Shown here: positions 45,269 through 51,295 of the stretch, piece by piece | Numbering within the stretch: position 1 is the first letter of the stretch | Layout: every line of letters begins with the position of its first letter | NCBI GenBank assembly: GCA_964369875.1 | Contig: CAYJHY010000001.1 | Span: 1-51,295, forward strand | Length of the DNA stretch: 51,295 nucleotides | Direction: 5' to 3' | Source: an uncultured Mailhella sp. | GTDB lineage: Bacteria; Desulfobacterota; Desulfovibrionia; Desulfovibrionales; Desulfovibrionaceae | Made by a program: the position numbers and the translations under genes | The notes under the pieces: generated by a model | Seen by the model: the letters and a program-made list of their open reading frames with translations, nothing else | Told to the model about the DNA's origin: nothing | The model's database searches: none

Positions 45269-46478
45269 AAATCGCATAGAGCAAATCCAAAGAGGCGAAA
45301 TTCCCGACGGGTATAAACAAACTCAAGTGGGTGTTGTGCCTTGTGCATGGGAAGAAACAAGACTTGACTCTATTTTAGAGTTTAAAAATGGAATCAACGC
45401 TGAAAAAGAAAAATATGGAAAAGGAATTAAAATGATAAGTGTTCTTGACATCTTATCATCTAAGCCAATTACATATAATTCTATTTTAGATTCCATTGAT
45501 ATTGATGGCACTACATTAGAAAAATATGATGTAACATATGGTGATATTTTATTCCAAAGAAGTTCAGAAATTTTTGAAGACGCCGGAAAATCAAATGTTT
45601 ATCTCGATAGTGTACACACGGCTAGTTATGGTGGTTTTGTTATAAGAGGGAAAAAAATATCTGACTATAATCCTGTATATCTGAATGAAACGCTAAAAGC
45701 TGACTATGCAAGAAAACAAATTATAAGGGGCTCAGCTGGTTCTCAACATATTAATGTTGGCCAAAATTCTTTATCAAAAGTCATATTGTATTTAGCAAAC
45801 GAACTCGAACAAAACCGCATAGCAGAAATTCTTTCCACCCAAGACAAAGTTATTACGTTACAAGAAAAGCTTATCCAAGAAAAAGAGGAACAGAAAAAAT
45901 ATCTTATGCAAATTTTGCTTACGGGCAAAAAAAGGCTTAAGGGTTTTAGTGGGAAGTGGGAAGAAAAAAAGTTGGGGAATATAGCTAAAATTTCAACAGG
46001 AGCAAAAAACAATCAGGATAAAGTTGCTAACGGTAGCTACCCTTTTTTTGTCCGTTCACAGCAGGTTGAAAGAATTGATAGTTTTTCGTTTGATGGTGAA
46101 GCAATTCTTGTTCCTGGCGAGGGTGGAATAGGGACTATTGTTCACTATATCAATGGAAAATTTGATTATCATCAAAGGGTATATAAAATCAGTAATTTTG
46201 TATTTTCTAGTGGCTTATATATTTATTATAGTTTTCTCCTTTTCTTTAAAAAACATTCAGAAGCTAACAGTGTCAAAGCTACGGTAGATTCACTAAGACT
46301 GCCAACATTTAATAATTTTCTGATTCATTTCCCCCCACTTCCAGAACAGGAAGCCATTGCAGAAATTCTTTCCATAGCGGACGCAGAAATTGAGCTTCTC
46401 AAAAAGCGACTTGAGCAAGAAAAGCAAAAGAAAAAATCTATAATGCAACTTCTTTTAACGGGTATTGTAAGGGTATAA
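45252..46478 (+). CDS. hsdS: Type I R-M specificity subunit
   Basis: Two TRDs with repeated EQ..IAEILS and LMQ.LLTG conserved regions. Confidence 0.95.
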   Translation: MTPQIKNRIEQIQRGEIPDGYKQTQVGVVPCAWEETRLDSILEFKNGINAEKEKYGKGIKMISVLDILSSKPITYNSILDSIDIDGTTLEKYDVTYGDILFQRSSEIFEDAGKSNVYLDSVHTASYGGFVIRGKKISDYNPVYLNETLKADYARKQIIRGSAGSQHINVGQNSLSKVILYLANELEQNRIAEILSTQDKVITLQEKLIQEKEEQKKYLMQILLTGKKRLKGFSGKWEEKKLGNIAKISTGAKNNQDKVANGSYPFFVRSQQVERIDSFSFDGEAILVPGEGGIGTIVHYINGKFDYHQRVYKISNFVFSSGLYIYYSFLLFFKKHSEANSVKATVDSLRLPTFNNFLIHFPPLPEQEAIAEILSIADAEIELLKKRLEQEKQKKKSIMQLLLTGIVRV

Positions 46479-46482
46479 ATTT

Positions 46483-46758
46483 ATGAATAGTTTTTGGAAT
46501 GATTTTATAAACGGAATAAATGACGGTTTAATTCATGTTAAACGTGAACAAATAAGACAAGACGCTGAAAGACTTTTCCAATTGGCAAAATTACGAGAAG
46601 AGCAAATATTAAACTCTCCGATTTCTGATTTTGAAAAAAATAGGTTCCTGCGAATTTTACAAAATGAGCTTAGCATGGGGTTAAACAGTTTAAATAATGA
46701 TGTAAATAAAATCGACTTTATAGACTGTCTAAATAAAATATCTAAGTCACTCAAATAA
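46483..46758 (+). CDS. Hypothetical helical protein, 91 aa
   Basis: AT-rich ORF starting 4 nt after hsdS. Confidence 0.55.
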   Translation: MNSFWNDFINGINDGLIHVKREQIRQDAERLFQLAKLREEQILNSPISDFEKNRFLRILQNELSMGLNSLNNDVNKIDFIDCLNKISKSLK

Positions 46759-46795
46759 AGCACGGTTAAAACGTTTTTTAAGGAAGGGTGGGAGT

Positions 46796-46848
46796 TTGAG
46801 GGAGGGAAAACTCGTTTTTTTCAAAAAAACGTGGTTTTCCTCCCTCAA
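46796..46848. repeat. REP-like long hairpin, copy 2
   Basis: TTGAGGGAGGGAAAAC...GTTTTCCTCCCTCAA, related to 42013-67. Confidence 0.65.
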
Positions 46849-46872
46849 GAAAAACCCTAAAAAGGAAGTATT

Positions 46873-49800
46873 ATGCCACATCACACCATTTTCAATGAAC
46901 GCCCCGAATGTCAAGACAGATTAATACAATTTCTTGTGAATATGGGTTATGAATATATTCCTCGAGGGGAGGCCGAGAAAAAGAGAGCGTCCCTTTCCAA
47001 GGTGGTTTTTGAAGACGAGGTTATCAATTTTTTAAAAAAGCAAACCTACACGTTTAAAAACCAAGAATACCATTTTTCGGGTGAATCCATCAGAAAAGCC
47101 GTGGTGGGGCTTGATGTTTCTTTGTTGCAAGGCCTTACTTTGGCAGGCAAGGAAATATACCATATGCTTACCCTTGGGGTGAGCGTTGAGGAAAATATTG
47201 TTGTTGATCGAGATATGCCCATACGGCAATCTTTCGATTTGTCCTTTATTGATTTTGAAAATCCGTTGAATAATACATGGCAAGTAACCGAAGAGTTTAG
47301 CGTGGAGCGTCCGAACGGCTCTTTTGCAAGGCCTGATATTGTGCTTCTTGTGAACGGTATTCCCCTTGTGGTTATCGAGTGTAAAAAATCGGGCGTTGAT
47401 GTGCTTGCAGGGGTAAAGCAAAACATACGCAATATGCAACCCGATTATATTCCACAACTCTTTAAATTTGCACAGATTGTGCTTGCGCTCAATCCCAATA
47501 AAGGGCTTTACGGAACAAGCGGTTCGGGGGCTGATTTTTTTATTGAGTGGAAAGAAGAAAATTTGGAATGGCAAAAAGAGCTTTGCCAAAAATGCTCACC
47601 CGATAGGGAAATTTTGGAGCAAGACAGGGTGGCGACTTCTTTACTTGAAAAAACACGCCTGCTTGATATTATTGAACACTTTATTCTTTACGACAGTAAT
47701 ATTAAAAAAATCGTTCGCCATCAACAATATTTTGCCATACATGCAGCTATAAAAAGAATAGACGGCAGTGACGGAAAAGGCAGTGAAGAAACCCATAATG
47801 GGGGGGTGATTTGGCATACCCAAGGAAGCGGAAAATCCCTGACCATGATTATGCTTGTTAAAATGATACAAGCTAAAAAAGGCATGGAAAACCCACGTTT
47901 TCTTATGGTGACCGATAGGGTAAATCTGGATAAACAAATTAAAGAAAACTTTGTTAATTCTGCCATGGTGGTTTCCCATGCGGCGACGGGTAAGGGGTTA
48001 AAAGGACTTTTACAAGACAAATCCAATACTATTATTACCACCTTATTGCATAAATTTGTGACGGTTTGCAAAAACAAGTATTTAGCTGTAGACAGCGATA
48101 AATTTTATATTTTTGTGGATGAGGCGCACAGAAGCCAATACAGTTCTATGTATACCTATATGCGTGAAGTATTGCCCAATGCGACGATTATTGGCTTTAC
48201 GGGAACGCCCCTTATTGCCAAAAAGAAAAAAAACACCTACGCTCGCTTTGGCGCGGGTATCCATAGCTATACGATGAAAAAAGGTATTGAGGATAAAATT
48301 ATTGTTCCCTTGGTTTATGAGGGGCGAGTTGTGGTTCAAAATAATCCCCAAAGCACTATTGATGGATTTTTTGACAACATGACAAAAGATTTACCGAAAG
48401 AACATCAGGATATGCTTAAGGATAGGTATAGCCGATTCAAAAAGCTTGCGGAAGTCAGTTCTCGCTTAAATCTTATCGCTTGGGATATTTCCGAACATTT
48501 TTCACAGTATTGTATTCCCAAAAATCAAAAGGCTATGATTGCATGCTCGTCACGGGCGGCGGCGGTGGATATTTTTAATGCCCTGAAAAGCATTAATAAT
48601 CCCGAAATAAAACCTGCGGTGGTGATTACTTTTGGCGATAAGGCAGAAGGTGATTCGGATGACCAATCAAGCACGGCCATCAGCAAAATCAATGCCTATC
48701 AAAGCAAATATGTAAAGCCTCAGTTTGGGGAAAATGTGGATGCTTATGAAGACAGCGTATGCCGTCAGTTTAGTAATCCCGACGGAGATGTAAATATTCT
48801 CCTGGTGAAAGATAAGCTGTTAACAGGCTTTGACGCACCCGTTGCAGGGGTTTTATATATTGATAAATCCATGAAAGAACATAATTTACTACAGGCCATT
48901 GCACGCGTCAACAGGGTCTATAAAGAAAAAGATTTTGGTTTGGTTGTAGACTACTGGGGAGTATTTTCTCATCTTAAATCTGCTATTGATATGTATGACG
49001 ATGCGGAATCCGGCTTTAGTAATTTTGATAAAGAAGATATTGCCGATACTATTTATGGCCCTCTTGATGAAAAGAAAAAACTGGAAGAAGCTCATCAAAA
49101 TATTTGGAAGCTTTTTGAACATCTTCCAAAAAAGGCAAGCGCAAATCAATATCAAGAGGCTTTGCAAGAGGAAGCAACAAGGAAAGAATTTTACGAAAAA
49201 CTCAAAAGTTTTGCCACCTTATTAAATTTAGCGCATGTTAACCGCTCTATTTTTACGGCGATCGGCATTGATAAACTTAATTTCTATCAAGACGAGTATA
49301 GCTTTTTTAAAAAACTGCGTGAAAGTGTTATCGAAAGATATGATGATATTTTGGATTTTTCCCAATACGAGAGCGGTATAAAAGCGTTATTGGACACCTT
49401 TGTTCATGCAACGGAAATTAAAGTTGTGGTTCAACCCATTTCTATTATGGATGAAAAAGCCATGGACGAACTTTTTCAAAAAATGGATTCTTCAAATAGT
49501 TCACGAGAAGAAACCGCAGGGGCAAAGGCAGACGCCATAAAAACCAGAATTGAAAGCAAGCTTAAACAGATTCGTTATGACGACCCCTTACTTTTTGAAG
49601 AATTTTCTTTGAAAATAAAAAATACCTTGGCGGAATATGCCCAAAGCCGAGACAACGACGCGTATTTTAAAGCCATGGATCAAATGGCGCAGGATTTCAG
49701 AAATGGCTTTACCACCCAAGATTATCCAAGTTCCATTAAAAACGACGGAGAGGCGAAAGCCTTTTATGGGGTATTTTTGACAACCATCCCCAAAAAGATG

Positions 49801-50052
49801 AATTATGTTTTTAACCTCGTCTCAGAAGAAATCTGTGCAAAATATGCTCTTCAAATCAAAGACAGCATTATGCAAAACACCAAAAGAGATTGGAAACACA
49901 ACGAAATGGCACACAAAGCTATTCATAGATTGCTTGACAATGCGCTTTTTGAGATGTTTGACGACTTAGAAATTGTGGTGGATAAAGATAATGTTGACGT
50001 GGTGGATTTACTTATAGATGAAATTATGAAAGTGGCGGTGGCAAAATTCTAA
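46873..50052 (+). CDS. hsdR: Type I R-M restriction subunit
   Basis: RPDIV..VNGIPL..IECK, WHTQGSGKS, DEAHRSQ, FTGTP, LLTGFDAP, QAIARVNR. Confidence 0.96.
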   Translation: MPHHTIFNERPECQDRLIQFLVNMGYEYIPRGEAEKKRASLSKVVFEDEVINFLKKQTYTFKNQEYHFSGESIRKAVVGLDVSLLQGLTLAGKEIYHMLTLGVSVEENIVVDRDMPIRQSFDLSFIDFENPLNNTWQVTEEFSVERPNGSFARPDIVLLVNGIPLVVIECKKSGVDVLAGVKQNIRNMQPDYIPQLFKFAQIVLALNPNKGLYGTSGSGADFFIEWKEENLEWQKELCQKCSPDREILEQDRVATSLLEKTRLLDIIEHFILYDSNIKKIVRHQQYFAIHAAIKRIDGSDGKGSEETHNGGVIWHTQGSGKSLTMIMLVKMIQAKKGMENPRFLMVTDRVNLDKQIKENFVNSAMVVSHAATGKGLKGLLQDKSNTIITTLLHKFVTVCKNKYLAVDSDKFYIFVDEAHRSQYSSMYTYMREVLPNATIIGFTGTPLIAKKKKNTYARFGAGIHSYTMKKGIEDKIIVPLVYEGRVVVQNNPQSTIDGFFDNMTKDLPKEHQDMLKDRYSRFKKLAEVSSRLNLIAWDISEHFSQYCIPKNQKAMIACSSRAAAVDIFNALKSINNPEIKPAVVITFGDKAEGDSDDQSSTAISKINAYQSKYVKPQFGENVDAYEDSVCRQFSNPDGDVNILLVKDKLLTGFDAPVAGVLYIDKSMKEHNLLQAIARVNRVYKEKDFGLVVDYWGVFSHLKSAIDMYDDAESGFSNFDKEDIADTIYGPLDEKKKLEEAHQNIWKLFEHLPKKASANQYQEALQEEATRKEFYEKLKSFATLLNLAHVNRSIFTAIGIDKLNFYQDEYSFFKKLRESVIERYDDILDFSQYESGIKALLDTFVHATEIKVVVQPISIMDEKAMDELFQKMDSSNSSREETAGAKADAIKTRIESKLKQIRYDDPLLFEEFSLKIKNTLAEYAQSRDNDAYFKAMDQMAQDFRNGFTTQDYPSSIKNDGEAKAFYGVFLTTIPKKMNYVFNLVSEEICAKYALQIKDSIMQNTKRDWKHNEMAHKAIHRLLDNALFEMFDDLEIVVDKDNVDVVDLLIDEIMKVAVAKF

Positions 50053-50858
50053 TGGAAAATTATACGCTCGAAGTAGATACTCAGCACGGAACAGTCACGG
50101 TTAATATTTTTAGAAAAGCCATAAAGAATATTCATTTAAAAGTCTTTAGCGATTTACAGGTGAACTTATCGGTTCCCAAAAGCGTGGAAGATTCCTATAT
50201 CACCGAGGTGCTACAGTCCAAAAAAACATGGATCGTGAAACAACTTGAAAAGTATAGACAATCACAAGGATATAACACATTATTAGACATAAAAAGCGGT
50301 ACTTCAACACAGTATTTAGGCAAAGATTTGCGCATCATCCAAAAAGATTTAAATGATAAAGAAAACCTCCGTGGATTTGTTGAGCCCATTAAGCATGTTG
50401 AGCGTGTTGAACATATTGAGCAAGCTGAGCCCATTGAACATGTTGAGCTGACGGAGAAATCCCTTTATGTATACCTAAAAAATACACATGGTGAGAAAGA
50501 ATTGAGCTCGCTTATCCATAAATTTTGGAGAAAACAAGCACTCACTATATTTCAAAGAGAAATGGATAGGCTATACTTAAAAATCTTTAAAAAATACGAT
50601 ATTGCAAAACCTGAACTTCATGTACGAAAAATGAAAACCCTGTGGGGCTCTTGTACGCAAAGCAAAAATAAGATTACCCTCAATGAATACTTACTTAAGG
50701 CGGACTTACTTTGTATTCAGTATGTTATCTTGCATGAATTAACCCATCTTTTATACCCTTACCATAACAACGCCTTTTATACCTTTCTGACAATACATAT
50801 GCCGGACTGGAAAGAACGCAAAAAAAGACTTGATAAAGACGTTGTGCAGGGGTTGTAG
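50052..50858 (+). CDS. YgjP/DUF45-like metal-dependent hydrolase
   Basis: MKT.WGSC and YV..HELTHL...H...F; usual position after hsdR. Confidence 0.88.
   Translation: MENYTLEVDTQHGTVTVNIFRKAIKNIHLKVFSDLQVNLSVPKSVEDSYITEVLQSKKTWIVKQLEKYRQSQGYNTLLDIKSGTSTQYLGKDLRIIQKDLNDKENLRGFVEPIKHVERVEHIEQAEPIEHVELTEKSLYVYLKNTHGEKELSSLIHKFWRKQALTIFQREMDRLYLKIFKKYDIAKPELHVRKMKTLWGSCTQSKNKITLNEYLLKADLLCIQYVILHELTHLLYPYHNNAFYTFLTIHMPDWKERKKRLDKDVVQGL
50379..50450 (+). repeat. 8 x 9-bp degenerate coding minisatellite
   Basis: Units such as GTTGAGCCC and ATTGAACAT encode VEP IKH VER VEH IEQ AEP IEH VEL. Confidence 0.8.
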
Positions 50859-50912
50859 GGGGGGATGAGAGGATGAATGTGCTTATATCTATTAGCAATT
50901 CATTCTCTTATT

Positions 50913-51218
50913 TTATTTATTATTTCTACTTTTATATTCTTTTTCGTAGTTTGCAAAAATTCGTAAAATAGTATTTCTAAACCCTTTCATTATTTCTGTA
51001 ATTCGATGACAATGCATAGTAGGCATTTCATTTAAACCTTTATGAAAATGAATATAAAATGACGAAATAATCGCTTCATCAGGGTAAAAAGAATTATATG
51101 TATGCTCATGATCTATAGAATGTTTAATGCTGTTGAAAAGTTCGTTTATTGTTTGAATAAATCCCGTCGTATCTTGTTTATAGGTATCTTCATTGCCTAA
51201 AAAAATATCAACTATCAC
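50913..51218 (-). CDS. Hypothetical protein or gene fragment
   Basis: AT-rich 101-aa ORF with a GTG start, no clear RBS and an in-frame stop just upstream. Confidence 0.3.
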   Translation of the reverse strand: MIVDIFLGNEDTYKQDTTGFIQTINELFNSIKHSIDHEHTYNSFYPDEAIISSFYIHFHKGLNEMPTMHCHRITEIMKGFRNTILRIFANYEKEYKSRNNK

Positions 51219-51295
51219 TACTGTTCAGCTAAGCAATCAACTTCAACATGCTACAATTATATAAGTTTTCTTTTTTTGGCGGTTGCATAAGTTGT

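Larger units (their letters stand above)
3427..51295. mobile_element. Integrated conjugative element or integrated plasmid (Dot/Icm-type T4SS, rep, par, resolvase, defence cargo); right end lies outside the window
   Basis: Mobile-element genes begin right after the tRNA-Leu 3' end and continue to the window end. No second att copy or integrase was seen. Confidence 0.8.

Noticed and set aside
45822..46374. 16-bp repeat in hsdS as a shufflon site
   Set aside because: The copies are direct and match the normal duplicated conserved regions of HsdS; no inverted silent TRDs are present.

Overview
The window starts in core chromosome: a tandem tRNA-Lys(UUU) array, an AsmA-family gene, a MucR/Ros regulator and tRNA-Leu(CAA). 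A low-GC Desulfovibrionaceae-like host is inferred from the MucR and TSCPD protein styles. From the tRNA-Leu 3' end (3427) a large integrated mobile element runs past the right edge; no integrase, relaxase or second att copy was seen. Its left end holds a compact control region: a type II hammerhead ribozyme with pseudoknot (3772-3837), a predicted three-hairpin antisense RNA with its own sigma70 promoter (about 3888-3975), and an HTH initiator gene with internal palindromic iterons. Next come a TraK-like gene and a co-oriented Dot/Icm (MPF-I) conjugation operon. That operon ends in a 1940-aa DarB-like methylase/SNF2 helicase whose N-terminus carries a QLSLF clamp motif and a fully nested +1-frame gene. 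A parA/RHH partition module and a serine resolvase follow. The last part is a defence island: TIR-STAND, McrBC, DUF3892 and a type I R-M locus whose dinD-hsdS slot holds two stacked cargo genes joined by a visible recombination scar. All family calls come from motif recognition by eye; no searches were run.
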